Origin: Rhynchobatus australiae | Taxonomy: Eukaryota | Direction: 5' to 3' | Assembly: GCA_034780895.1 (NCBI GenBank) | Contig: JAUZTB010000065.1 | Coordinates: forward strand, 20,932,864-20,996,863 | DNA: 64,000 nucleotides | Shown here: positions 13,243 to 25,959 of the stretch, in pieces | How positions within the stretch are numbered: the stretch's first letter is position 1 | Layout of the letters: the number at the start of each line of letters is the position of its first letter | Position numbers and translations under genes: made by a program | Notes under the pieces: generated by a model | The model's input: the letters and a program-made list of their open reading frames with translations, nothing else | Databases searched by the model: none | What the model was told of the DNA's origin: nothing

Positions 13243-14084
13243 TAAATGGGGTGAAGGCTTTCTTTCTCTGTTCCCTCTGCCTTCCTCCATTGCTGTCCCT
13301 GTCNNNNNNNNNNNNNNNNNNNNNNNNNNNNNNNNNNNNNNNNNNNNNNNNNNNNNNNNNNNNNNNNNNNNNNNNNNNNNNNNNNNNNNNNNNNNNNNNN
13401 NNNNNNNNNNNNNNNNNNNNNNNNNNNNNNNNNNNNNNNNNNNNNNNNNNNNNNNNNNNNNNNNNNNNNNNNNNNNNNNNNNNNNNNNNNNNNNNNNNNN
13501 NNNNNNNNNNNNNNNNNNNNNNNNNNNNNNNNNNNNNNNNNNNNNNNNNNNNNNNNNNNNNNNNNNNNNNNNNNNNNNNNNNNNNNNNNNNNNNNNNNNN
13601 NNNNNNNNNNNNNNNNNNNNNNNNNNNNNNNNNNNNNNNNNNNNNNNNNNNNNNNNNNNNNNNNNNNNNNNNNNNNNNNNNNNNNNNNNNNNNNNNNNNN
13701 NNNNNNNNNNNNNNNNNNNNNNNNNNNNNNNNNNNNNNNNNNNNNNNNNNNNNNNNNNNNNNNNNNNNNNNNNNNNNNNNNNNNNNNNNNNNNNNNNNNN
13801 NNNNNNNNNNNNNNNNNNNNNNNNNNNNNNNNNNNNNNNNNNNNNNNNNNNNNNNNNNNNNNNNNNNNNNNNNNNNNNNNNNNNNNNNNNNNNNNNNNNN
13901 NNNNNNNNNNNNNNNNNNNNNNNNNNNNNNNNNNNNNNNNNNNNNNNNNNNNNNNNNNNNNNNNNNNNNNNNNNNNNNNNNNNNNNNNNNNNNNNNNNNN
14001 NNNNNNNNNNNNNNNNNNNNNNNNNNNNNNNNNNNNNNNNNNNNNNNNNNNNNNNNNNNNNNNNNNNNNNNNNNNNNNNNNNNN

Positions 14085-14173
14085 TGTGTTTTTCCTGAGG
14101 AAGTATCCTGACTCCAGTCTTGTATCAGTGTGCCGCATTTGGGTTCTCTGCAAGCTTGCTCAACATTGTGACA
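14085..14173 (+). mobile_element. Visible 3' end of an LTR, same family as 55720-56264 in the opposite orientation
   Basis: Reverse complement closely matches 55720-55793 and 55894-55945. Ends in TGTGACA. Confidence 0.75.
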
Positions 14174-14589
14174 TACATACACACATACACACAAACATAC
14201 ATGTACTAACACAAAATGGGATAACTCACACTGGGGTTTTAGAAGCTCTGGTTAAAAATGCTTACATTTTGTAATGAGTTCATTTTCAACTATATATAAA
14301 CTCCACCAGGTTACTGATCTTACGTATTCCATGCAAACCTAAAAAAATTTCTAACATGCTACCTGATACAAATGAGTTTGAATCTAAACTTCAACAAATG
14401 AAAGACTTTTAAAACTGGTACAGTTTTGAGCATTCTGTGCCTGGTTAGTGGATGGCATCAAAAGCAGAAACACTTGGCTAATTGTCTATATTTCCAAAGT
14501 ACAATGTTGTCTAGAATGCACTTTGTAGGATATTGAAGGTTCTAGATTAATTCAAGTTTTTTTAAAAGTCAGAATAGCACATAACTTGT

Positions 14590-15600
14590 TTGTTTGGATT
14601 TTGAAAGGATTGATATCCCCATGCAGCTGCTGTGGTTGTCTTTCTAGGTGATGAAACAGATCAAGGGTTTGGGAGACTTTATCATAAAAGCTCAGGAGAA
14701 ATGACACAGTGGATTGTATGGATACTGCTGGCTATAGCCTGGTACACTGCTGGTGGATAGGCTGGATATTTAATCCAGTGGAAAGGATTCCATCCAAGTT
14801 GTCTGTTTCTTGATGGTGGAGAACTTCTTGAACAGTTTTGCAGCTGCTACTATCTAAGCAAATGGAAAGGATTGCATCATATTCCTGATTTGTGTTATAG
14901 ATGGTGATACATATAAAGAAATCAGGACATGAACCATTTGTCACTTATTATTAAGCCTCTAACATTCGCTAATAGCAATGTGGCTGCTTCAACTAAAGAT
15001 CTGGTCAACGGTGAATGTTCTCCTTATTAGCCCCATGAATGTTGATATTGACCTTGAAAAACTTGGGGATTGTCAGGCAATTGAATATGGTGGATATGCT
15101 GGTTGTTGGAGATGATCTTTGCCCATGATGTGACCATTATTTCCCATTAATAAATCCAATCCAAGGTGATGGTCAGATCTTGTTTCATGTAGGCAGAGAC
15201 TGCTTCATTATCTCAGGAGTTATTGATGGGGCTGCAAACATGAAAGCAACAGTGACCAGTTCCTCTTCTGCCATTATGATGAAAGGAAGGTCATTGCACT
15301 GGGGGCTGAATACAGTTGGAGTCAGAAGCATAAGGAACTCTTGCAGTGATGTACTGGGGCCAAGATAATTGACATCCAACAAATGTGATCATTTGTGTTC
15401 GGTTTAACTCTAACCACTTGGGAATTTTCCACATGATTTTTATCGACTTCAGTTCTAACAGTTTTCCTCCATGCCACACTACTTATCCCAGGAACTTGGT
15501 TTACATCTAAGGTTAAAGTTGAGATCTAGAGCTAGGTGATGCTGGCAGACTGCAAAATGAACATCATTGATCACCTTAATTGTGAGTAAGCCCTGTCCTC
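14590..15600 (-). mobile_element. Highly decayed LINE fragment, related to 37780-39200
   Basis: Shared degenerate segments with 37900-38380 and 39000-39200 (e.g. cttgatggtg...agcttcttga...gttg.agctgc). Family not resolvable by eye. Confidence 0.45.
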
Positions 15601-17569
15601 AAATTATACTGACCCTACTATGAAGTTTTGAAGCTGCTTTGTACCCCTAACTACACAGCATTCATGACCACAATCACCCCAATCTTGCTCCCATTCCCAG
15701 TCCTGTTGTTACTAGCCCACCATTCCAGTATATACTTTTAGGTGGCTGCTAACAAGGCAACAGGTCCAATATTCATCTGGGAAAATAGGAGAGCTGTATG
15801 TGTAAATGTAACAGGTGTAGATAGATGGGCCCAATGAAGCAAAGTCATGTGAAAATGGAAAAAAATCTATAATGTTTAACACGGAATTAAGAATTTGGGA
15901 AATACCTACAACATTTGGTGTTGTAAAAGCTTCCTTATCAACAAAGCTAGGGTTGATTCCTTGTAAACTTGCAAAGTGGTGACAATGCTTTGTTTGGAAA
16001 AAGTAGGGGTGAACAAAATTTGAATGTTTCTCTGTATTATGATAATTTTCCAAAATGGGTAGCCATTATCAAAACAACTAACTTGTTTTTAAGAACACTT
16101 AAAATTAAAATTGTATTTTATCAGTCATTAAACTAACAATTAAATTAACAAACTAACAAACTAAATTTATCCTAATTTTTAATTATAGCGATATGGGCAT
16201 TCCAATTGCTGTAGGATAAGTGCTGACCTGAGTATTGAACTGTTACAATGTTGACATTCTTCAGCTCTGAGAAGTGGAGTTTTATTTTGGATAAAATAAA
16301 GTCAAGTCAATTTACGTATGTACATTTTCTTAAAGATAGGATAATAAATGTTATTTTGTAACTTTGGCAGTACAGAACAGAGGTGATCACTTTACCTATT
16401 TCCCTTTTATAAGTACTTATGAGTCACCTAGGTAATATTGTAGGTGTCTTTGGGATGCTACAGAAAAATAACATGTTTCTCTCTGTTTCAATTACTGAAC
16501 AAAGGGGTCTTGTGCTTACGGCACACAGAAATACAGATTGTGTTGGTTATCTTGGGTCATTTATTGTCCATCTGACCTTCAAAAAAGATAAATGCGAATT
16601 TGGAACAAAGTTGTCTTTGTGATCTGCTGTTGTATCAGAATTCCTAGCTGAGTTGTTAACAGAAGACTCACAGACGCATGAGACATAACTTGCTTTATAA
16701 TGANNNNNNNNNNNNNNNNNNNNNNNNNNNNNNNNNNNNNNNNNNNNNNNNNNNNNNNNNNNNNNNNNNNNNNNNNNNNNNNNNNNNNNNNNNNNNNNNN
16801 NNNNNNNNNNNNNNNNNNNNNNNNNNNNNNNNNNNNNNNNNNNNNNNNNNNNNNNNNNNNNNNNNNNNNNNNNNNNNNNNNNNNNNNNNNNNNNNNNNNN
16901 NNNNNNNNNNNNNNNNNNNNNNNNNNNNNNNNNNNNNNNNNNNNNNNNNNNNNNNNNNNNNNNNNNNNNNNNNNNNNNNNNNNNNNNNNNNNNNNNNNNN
17001 NNNNNNNNNNNNNNNNNNNNNNNNNNNNNNNNNNNNNNNNNNNNNNNNNNNNNNNNNNNNNNNNNNNNNNNNNNNNNNNNNNNNNNNNNNNNNNNNNNNN
17101 NNNNNNNNNNNNNNNNNNNNNNNNNNNNNNNNNNNNNNNNNNNNNNNNNNNNNNNNNNNNNNNNNNNNNNNNNNNNNNNNNNNNNNNNNNNNNNNNNNNN
17201 NNNNNNNNNNNNNNNNNNNNNNNNNNNNNNNNNNNNNNNNNNNNNNNNNNNNNNNNNNNNNNNNNNNNNNNNNNNNNNNNNNNNNNNNNNNNNNNNNNNN
17301 NNNNNNNNNNNNNNNNNNNNNNNNNNNNNNNNNNNNNNNNNNNNNNNNNNNNNNNNNNNNNNNNNNNNNTAATCCCTGTTGGCAGAACAATGTGCAGTTT
17401 CATTCCACAGGCATGGCCAAGACAACATTCATACATGGCTCATAAGTGGCAAGGAGCAACTACGACAAAAAGTGCCATTGCTGTAACCTCACCTGTAAAA
17501 CTGGGGAGTGGTGGTATGGGCAGATGCATGAGTCATCCTTAAGGTTAGCCTCAACTGCCCTCTCCTACT

Positions 17570-17930
17570 GGCCAAATTGCCATGTGAGCTCTGTCCAACT
17601 AGTGGCACATTGGACATGATCTTCACCACACGACTCCCAGAGAAATACAGGAAGCAGCACCGATTACTGTATATAGCCTTCCTCAATCCCACTAAACCTT
17701 TGAAGCTGTCATTCAAGAGGGACTGTGGAGCATCCCCAAATTTTCCAGAAATTTGTCTTTATTTTATGTTTGTTTCATTATGGCATAACAAGTAGGTCCA
17801 CAGTGAAGACAGGTCTCAATCAAGGCTGTCTTGTTGTCCAGATACTTATATTAATCATTCTCACTGTAATTCTGCACCTCATCACCAACAAACTTCCCAT
17901 GGAATATGGAAGGACTGCAGAATTTTAATC
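17570..17930 (+). mobile_element. RTE-clade (BovB-like) LINE RT fragment
   Basis: DMIFTTRLPEKYRKQHRLLYIAFLNPTK and VKTGLNQGC resemble RTE motifs DMIF..RQLQEKCREQ..LY.AF.DL.KAFD and VK.GVKQGC. Confidence 0.7.
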
Positions 17931-18139
17931 TGATCTTTCAGCTCTGGTAGGATTTTTCAGCTCTGTCTATTGAATGCTATTTTTGCTGTTTAACACTCAT
18001 GTAGTTATCTATTGCAGCTTCACCAGATTCGTACCTCATTTTTAGACACAATGGTGCTGTTCCTGGCATGCCCTTCTGCCTTCTTCATTAAACCAGGACC
18101 AATCTACTGGTATGGTTGTACAGAATCTTGCTTGATTAC

Positions 18140-18500
18140 ATGATATCCTTATATATACCATTTAGAATGTCCCAAAATACTTCACAGCTGAGAAAGTATT
18201 TTCAGAAGTATGGCAGAAGTTTGCATATCACAGCATGCCACAAATAGCAATGTGATAACGACCAGATAATTCGCTTAATAATGTTGAGAGAGGGATACGT
18301 ATTTCCCCAGATACTGGGGATAAGACCCCATGTTCTTTGAAGTACTGTAGTACCTTAGATGTTTTACATCCACCTGAGCCAACAGGTTTAACATCTCAAA
18401 AAAAAACATTTCAACAGTGAAACACAGGAAAATTAGCTGGGAATTTTGTTCTCAAGTTCTCTGGACTTCAAGTTCACAGACAAGAATGCGACCGATTTGG
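18140..18500 (-). mobile_element. Deu-domain SINE (SacSINE1/AmnSINE1-like)
   Basis: Reverse complement reads tgagatgttaaacc...ctcaggtggatgtaaaa...attatctggtcgttatcacattgctatttgtgg...gctgtgaagtattttgggacatt, matching the recalled Deu domain and tail. Confidence 0.7.
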
Positions 18501-18989
18501 GGTGTCTATAAGGTTCCTGTGTTGCTTCTTGCAAATACAAAGATAGATCTATAAGTGAAGCACCTTTTACTGATGACAGTGGGTCTCAACTTATCAGTAG
18601 GATCTGGTACAAGAATGTATCAAAATCATATAACAATCATTTTATAAATAATGCATGACTGTGCCACAGCTGATACCTTAAATTCATTAAGCGTGACAAG
18701 GCAGATGGTAAAAGAATAGCCTTCCAATCAAGTAGATTAGAACTAACATTTACTCTCCTAGAATAAGAAAGAAATTGCAGAAGATTTTAAATGAGATTGC
18801 AGCTAATATGAGCATTGTTAAATTTAAAAGGGTGTGTTAAAGTAAAATCTACTCAATTTACTTAAAGGTCAAAGTCTTTTTTAGGAAGCTGAGCATGTGA
18901 GTACTCAGTATTCGGGCTCTTCCTTTTTCAAATATACTTTAATGATTTACACTCAAATATCTTCTTACACAGCCTTTTGGGCTTGCTTT

Positions 18990-19420
18990 GACTCCAATTC
19001 TGTGGGTCCTGAGATGGTGATAAGGCCAATGTGGGACCTGCAGACTCTGGTGCAGGAATGTGCTTGACAAGGCAGGTTGGTGGGTGGTTTAAGACCAGGT
19101 GTGCTCTTTCCACCACTCAGACTGGGTTTCTGTGTAGTCTTGTAACATGGTCTTGAAGCTTTCATTGTTTTCCTGAATAGTCCTCCATTTTGAGTGGTGA
19201 TGGGCCAGAGATTCTCTTGAGTCAGTGAGAATGTTACACACTTTCAAGACTCATACAAGCGACATGGCCTGTCCATTATGGCCAACTGACTATTACTGTG
19301 GCTTCAAATCTGGGGATGTCAGCATTGGAGAAGAGATTGGCATTCATTAACCTCTTCTCCTCATGGATTGGAGGATCCTGCAGAGGCAGCATTTGCGGTA
19401 TCAGCAAGGATTCCATTTGC
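18990..19420 (-). mobile_element. RTE-like LINE 3' fragment
   Basis: Minus strand shows decayed W.GHV and 3'-terminal CTRVCRSHIGL zinc-finger-like segment typical of RTE ORF ends. Confidence 0.5.
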
Positions 19421-19529
19421 TCCTAAAGCCTCATTATTTCTCCTTTGGCATCTGGCATTTTCAACCTCTTATCAGTTGGGTTGTGTCATGATAATGAAAG
19501 TTATTAATGATACAAGGATTGCATGTGAT

Positions 19530-20810
19530 TGACAGTGAGGAGGAAAAATTTAGAGTGAAAAATAGAGAATCTGATCAATTAAGTGGAGAAGTGGCAATTG
19601 ACATTTAATCCAGAGCAGTGAGGGGCAATGTATTTGGGTCGATGCAACAGGCAAGGGAATATATAATAAATAGGGGGATATTGAGTAGTGTGGAAGAACA
19701 AAGGGACCTTGATGTACAAGTCCATAAATCTTTATAGGTAGCAGGGAATGTGAATAAGGTGGTTAAAAAAGCAAATAGAATGTTTGACTTTATTTGCCAA
19801 AACTTAGGATATAAGTGTAAGGAGTTTATACCAGAACTGCATACGGACCCTCCCTTGGTAATGAACAGGTTCCATTTTTGCAGAAGTTGATTTTTTCCAT
19901 GTCAGAAATCACTTGATATGGTAACCACACCTCTACAGTATTGCAATGAATGGCATCAAAAGCACACAAGACTGATAAGAAAGAACAATTACTAAAAGTG
20001 GAGAGAGAGAGGAAACTAGTTCTGCCTTTTGTAGGAACAAAAGTAAGTATGTTTATCGGACTTTTGAATTTAGTAATATTATGAGAGCTCATTTGTATGT
20101 AGAGGTGTCCATAAGTCAGGCATTCATAACCCAGGAATAGCCTGTACAATATTAGTGAGATGATAGTCTGTGAACAATTGTGGTCACCATGTTAGACAAT
20201 GGGTATAATCATACCGGAAAGAGTGCAGAAGATATTTTCAAGGATGATGCCAAGATGGGAAAATTGCATCAACGAGGAAAAGCAGTGCTATTTTCTTTTG
20301 AGCAGAAGAGTCTGTGGGGAGATTTAACTGAGGAGAATAAAATTGTGAAGATTCAATCTACTTCCCAAAGTAGATGGGTCAANNNNNNNNNNNNNNNNNN
20401 NNNNNNNNNNNNNNNNNNNNNNNNNNNNNNNNNNNNNNNNNNNNNNNNNNNNNNNNNNNNNNNNNNNNNNNNNNNNNNNNNNNNNNNNNNNNNNNNNNNN
20501 NNNNNNNNNNNNNNNNNNNNNNNNNNNNNNNNNNNNNNNNNNNNNNNNNNNNNNNNNNNNNNNNNNNNNNNNNNNNNNNNNNNNNNNNNNNNNNNNNNNN
20601 NNNNNNNNNNNNNNNNNNNNNNNNNNNNNNNNNNNNNNNNNNNNNNNNNNNNNNNNNNNNNNNNNNNNNNNNNNNNNNNNNNNNNNNNNNNNNNNNNNNN
20701 NNNNNNNNNNNNNNNNNNNNNNNNNNNNNNNNNNNNNNNNNNACCTGTGATCGAAAGTCAGTATCAAATGGCAGAATGGCATTGAGGGGCTGAATGACTT
20801 ACTCCTGTAC
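19530..20810 (+). mobile_element. CR1 LINE fragment, split by a MITE at 19844-20144 and by an N gap
   Basis: EEQRDLDVQVHKSL.VAG.V.KVVKKAN.M..FI motif and CR1 tail gaggggctgaatgacttactcctg. Confidence 0.75.
19844..20144. mobile_element. Non-autonomous Tc1/mariner (Tigger-like) DNA transposon
   Basis: Flanked by TA (19842-19843 and 20145-20146). Terminal 22-mers are inverted with 15/22 identity. CR1 sequence is continuous once it is removed. Confidence 0.6.
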
Positions 20811-22384
20811 CTTTGTCCTTATCTTCCATAGGTTAAGGATATTATTTAATAGTTAACTATTCTGGCATTAATTACTATTTGCTTTTTGAATAACGTCACA
20901 GTATTGTTCACAGACCTTCAGCGATTCATGAACTGGGGCTTTCTCTCAGTGGCTGTCTGGATTTGGGTGTGGTATCACACAGCGTAGTTTTGAGACTGGT
21001 TTCCATTTGTGTAGATGCACACCTGAAGTTGAAAACACTGCTCAATAAATATACTCTGTGTTACCTATTAGCCTGTGGAAAAAAATTAAAAGTATAGCTT
21101 GAGTCTCCTGGTTTGCCGGGTGCAATCACTTTATGAAATTGCGCAAGTTTGCTTTTTGCTGGTTTGTGTGGGAGAGACTTAGTGTTTGGAATGTATGACA
21201 CACCACATGGTACTGAACCTATTGGTTGGATTACTTTGTACCTTAAAGGTACATTTGTGAAATGCAATAGATAACATAATAAAGAGCTTGTTGGAGCTGT
21301 GTTGTTTCACTAATCAGTAGAGTCAGTGAGAAAGGAATGGAAGGAGGTCCTTCAATGTTGCTGGCTGATTCCATCATTGGTGTTTGCTTAATCCTGTCGT
21401 TTTAGTTGGATGATTCAGTGCTGATAAGGTGTTGCATTTTGCTCCTCCCTCACACTCAAGTTGCAACAGGTTAGTGATTTTCAGGAGTGTACATACTGGA
21501 GACAGTGAATTAGAACAACTCAACTGTTTATTTGCTAAGGATTACTGTAGAATTGCTCTTCAAAAAAAGATAGTCTTGATTTCTCCTGCCAGAATACTTT
21601 ATTTGAAGCTTTTTACTTAAGGACACAATTTACATAAGCAGGTAAGGATATTTATTCTCCACATCTATTCACTTTGGCTTCTAGTAGACTGTTTGCCTTC
21701 ACAGATCGGCACACCTTCAGGGTGTAGCTGTATTATGTCTCTGCCAATTCACTTTAGTGCTTCGAAGTGTAGCTGATAAAATAACATTAGACATTTTAAT
21801 GTGCAGCCACTTTCAAAGATCAGTAGTTAGTGGCAGTTCTAGTTTATAATTGCTGTGTTAAAACAATAGCAAAATGTTTCTGAAATTATAATAAATCTGA
21901 TTTGTAGCAAAGAAGTTTAGAGTGACAAGATTTAAGAATAAGTGCAGGGATTTTGTGTTAACTGAGGAAAATTTAAATAGCTTGCTTTTGTGCTTTGAAA
22001 GTGGGATGAATTGAAGGAGGACCATTATTTAAGGAATGATATTCAGTGTCAGAACAACCACTGAATTTTAGGTTGGCTTGTTTTCAGTATCTTAAGTTAA
22101 GTCAGCTGCATTTTAATCAAGCTGTTTCCTTTCTTGGGAATTTGACATACATGTGTTATGGTTTTACTTTATATTAGTTTAAACATTATTTTTAATCTTT
22201 AGCACAGTTGGTTCATAAAACCATCGTACAAATTAACCTGACTGCATTATCCATATTCACAAAAAGTAACTGCCCTCCTGTCTGTGTCACTTGATGGCTC
22301 TTATTGTCCATGAACTATAAGTTGACCCAAGCCATCATCTTTAGAGGGAAAACCAAAGAATATAAATTTTTAGTTTAAGATAAT

Positions 22385-22660
22385 ATAAGATATTTATTTA
22401 TAGTCACATATATATCGAAACACACAATGAAATGTGTCTTGTGTTACTGAGAAAATGCTGGGGGCAGCCCGCAAGTGTTGCCACTCTCCCGGCATCAACA
22501 TAGCATGCCCACAACTCCTAACCCGTATGTCTTTGGAACGTGGGAGGAAAGCAGAGCACCCGGAGGAAACCCATGCAGACACGGGGAGAACGTACAAACT
22601 CCTTACAGACAGCGGCGGGAATTGAACTCAGGTTGCTGCTGTAATAGCGTTACGCTAACC
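22385..22660 (-). mobile_element. tRNA-derived V-SINE with a different (L2/Rex-type) tail
   Basis: Reverse complement: ggtggcatggtagtgtcgtggttagc (A box), gagttcaattccc (B box), V domain gtttgtacgttctccccgtgtctgcatgggtttcctccgggtgctc. Confidence 0.85.
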
Positions 22661-24169
22661 ACGACACTACCATGCCACCATACAACATGAATATATGAAT
22701 TTCATAAATCTTCAGTAAAAAAGAAATTACGATTTTTTTCTCCAGAGTAATTATTTCAATCCAGTTGCCTTTCACTACAGAAACAGCACAGCATGGGATA
22801 GGACTGTGACTTGAAATATCAAACGGCAACATTTGGATTCCTCATTATTTTAACTGATATTTTGTACCTCTAATAGTGGCAAAATTTACACAATTCTAAT
22901 GATGAGTTTAATGGACTTAGCCTCAAAAAACTGGGCTAAATTGCTCAATCAAACCAGACGTCTGTGTTAAATTCTGTCACTGACTGAACAATGATTCAAG
23001 TGCCTGAGTAAATACTGATTGAATTGTACTTAAGAACACTTTGGAATGTTCATGGGGTAATCACAGATGAGCAGTTAAAGCAGTCGAAACTGAACTGCTT
23101 GAAAGGGAATGGTCTACCTGTTACTAAGGATATTGACTTTTTAAAGTGAGACTAGAATATTGTAGTCATAAGGGCCACAGACAGGATTAGTGTCATTTGG
23201 TGGAGTCTTACACTAACAGTAATAATGAATGTTGCTAATGTCCGTTGATTAGTATTTTTAACAAAGGCTGTTTAACAAAATAAACATCCGGCATTAAGCA
23301 GACAACATTTGCACTTTTTATGGCTGATTATTGATAAATTCTTACCACCAGCAGTGTGCCTTGGCTATGTGTCTGTCACTTAATGTTTATTGTGTCACAA
23401 AGGTCTAAATATCCAGGCATTTCTACTACAAGCACAGCAAAGGACAGTCTTCAAAAGGAGCAGACCTTTTTGTGAGTTTTTATTTTGTAGTTGAAGAGAT
23501 TGCTACTGCAGCAAGCTAGTACACCACAGCTCGATTGCTTCCTGTCACCATGGGTCTCAATGTGACCAACCGTTTTGATGTTTCTGAAGCAGCACCTGAA
23601 AGGTGATAACTCACCAGAAACAATATGGTGTCAGCCAAATGTCAGGGGCCTCATTACAATTTAAAAGTGCTAAATCAGTGTGGGTCTTTGCTTTCTCTTG
23701 GTGAGAAGTGTTCTGCTTGGTATGGGCTCTGCTGGGGGATTAAATGAAGTGGGAGGGTAGTTTGCAATGATATCATGGAATAGTTCTCGATATGCCTAAG
23801 AGGGACTGTAATTTTGTGATCCCACCTGTGATAAATGAGCCCTGATATGACATGTGGAGACCATTACTCTTTGTGGATTGGCATCAGTTACAATTTTTAA
23901 ATGCGGCAGAAGTTCACAACAATAATTTGCATTTATCCACTACTCTCAGTTTAATAAAATGACCCAAAATATTGTGACAGAATTAAAGAAGATGATATTA
24001 AGATAGATTACCAAAATCTGGGTCAAAAATTGACTTTAAGGAATTTCTTAAAGGAAGGAGAAGCGGTTTGGAGGAGGGAAAAAAATACTTCCTAGCTTTT
24101 AAAAGCTGGAAACAGCACATCCACAAAGTCTCAAAATGGACAAATGAAAAAATAATGACATAAAACTCT

Positions 24170-24740
24170 GGGCTTCTTACTTGCAAAAGAAGAGGCTGAA
24201 ATGTCCTGTAGCTATGCAAACCTCGGGTTAGACCACACCTGGAATACTATGAGTAGTTCTAGGTACTACATCTTTGGAAAGATGAATTAGCCTTGTAGTA
24301 GCCTTAATGATCAACCAGAATAATAGTTAAACACTAAAGGTTAACATACACTAGAGTTATATTTCCTGGAATTCAGAAAGCTAAGGCTGTTTTGATTGAA
24401 GTTTCGAAGGTATTAAGGAGAACTGAAAGGGTTTGACAGAAACTATTTATAGTGTTGGAGATAAGGTCGAAGTCTACAAATTAAGGCTAAGTCTTTCCAG
24501 TGTGAGGTTAGGAAACACTTCTACATACAAAGGATGATAGAAATTTGATATTCCCCTCCACAAATGGTAACTAATGTTAGGTTATTTGTTAATTTTAAAC
24601 CTAAGATTGATAGATTGTGTTTAGTCAAGTGTATTAAGGAACATGGGGAAAAGGAGTTAGACCACAGACAACTCTTGATCTTGCTGGATGGAGGAACAAG
24701 CATGAGGGGCTAAGTTGCTTATTCCTATACCTCTGCTTCT
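24170..24740 (+). mobile_element. CR1 LINE 3' fragment
   Basis: VRPHLEY, RKHFY.QR motifs and tail gcatgaggggctaagttgcttattcct. Confidence 0.7.
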
Positions 24741-25283
24741 ATATCTAGAATGAGAGGCCTAGTTGAATAGAGATACTATTGCCAACAAAGAGGCAAAAGA
24801 TCCAAGAAGTTTAGGAGTTTAGAGTTTTAAAAAAATGTAAAACTTGAAGGTAAGAAATGAAAGGGCAGATACTAGAGATCTGAAGGACTGGGGCCATGAA
24901 AACATTTTATTGAGGATTAAAGTTGCCAGTGAAGTTGAGAGGCAATAGGTGCTTGGGATAGGTGCGGTTNNNNNNNNNNNNNNNNNNNNNNNNNNNNNNN
25001 NNNNNNNNNNNNNNNNNNNNNNNNNNNNNNNNNNNNNNNNNNNNNNNNNNNNNNNNNNNNNNNNNNNNNNNNNNNNNNNNNNNNNNNNNNNNNNNNNNNN
25101 NNNNNNNNNNNNNNNNNNNNNNNNNNNNNNNNNNNNNNNNNNNNNNNNNNNNNNNNNNNNNNNNNNNNNNNNNNNNNNNNNNNNNNNNNNNNNNNNNNNN
25201 NNNNNNNNNNNNNNNNNNNNNNNNNNNNNNNNNNNNNNNNNNNNNNNNNNNNNNNNNNNNNNNNNNNNNNNNNNNNNNNNNNN

Positions 25284-25525
25284 TAGCAAAAAGAAAACTG
25301 AAGCAGAATACAGAACATAGTGTAGCAGCTACATAGTAAGTGCAGTGCAGGTAAATAAAGTGTAAGGGCCGCAAAGTAGATTGGAAGATCAAGAATTAAC
25401 CTTCAGCCAATGTGAGTTCAGTTCAAGAGCCTGATAATAGCAGGATAGAAGCTGTCCTTGAGCCCAGTGGCATGTGTTTTCCTGCTTTTGTATCTTCTGC
25501 CCTATGGAAGAGGGGAGAAAAGATT
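25284..25525 (-). mobile_element. 3' region of a Rex/L2-type LINE, partly in the gap
   Basis: gttcaagagcctgataatagcaggatagaagctgtccttgagcc...cttttgtatcttctgcc resembles the segment at 12720-12790. Confidence 0.5.
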
Positions 25526-25959
25526 CCAGGTAAGTTGAAATTTATGGCAGGTGGAGAATGAAAAGTTAGGCAGGAAATCAGTTAATTAGTGGACATGGAG
25601 GTGATGATGGCATGAATTTAGGAAGAGATACAAACACTCCATGATACAAATTGTTTACAGAAATGGTGACAGATGGTGATGAGATTGAGAACAATGGGAT
25701 GTTAAAGTAAACAGTATGCTTCAGCAAGTAACTGTAGCCAGGGGAGAGCTTCGATCGTCATCTGATTAGCTGAAAGAGTTTTATTTTGGAATGGATATCA
25801 GCCAAGGAACATTGAGGAAGTGGAAGGCGAAGGTAAATGTACAGTACAGAACCCAACAGGAAAAGTGATAAAGTGATTCAACTGTGGCTGACAGAGGTAG
25901 TGTTAAATCTGAGGCAGAGGTTTATAAAGTTGCCAGAAATAGCTGTAGGCTTGAGGACT

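Noticed and set aside
13175-14212. Long ORFs in the supplied track (also 16547-17542, 27930-28721, 39396-40568, 53876-54816)
   Set aside because: They are long only because they read through N gaps.
14174-14212. (TACA/CA)n stretch and poly-C runs near 1204 and 50983
   Set aside because: Ordinary simple repeats.
21139-21146. C/EBP palindrome TTGCGCAA
   Set aside because: A single 8-mer is expected by chance in 64 kb, with no supporting cluster.
22590-22660. tRNA gene suggested by A/B boxes (also 8711, 38660, 41140, 51010)
   Set aside because: No full cloverleaf; each continues into a SINE body.
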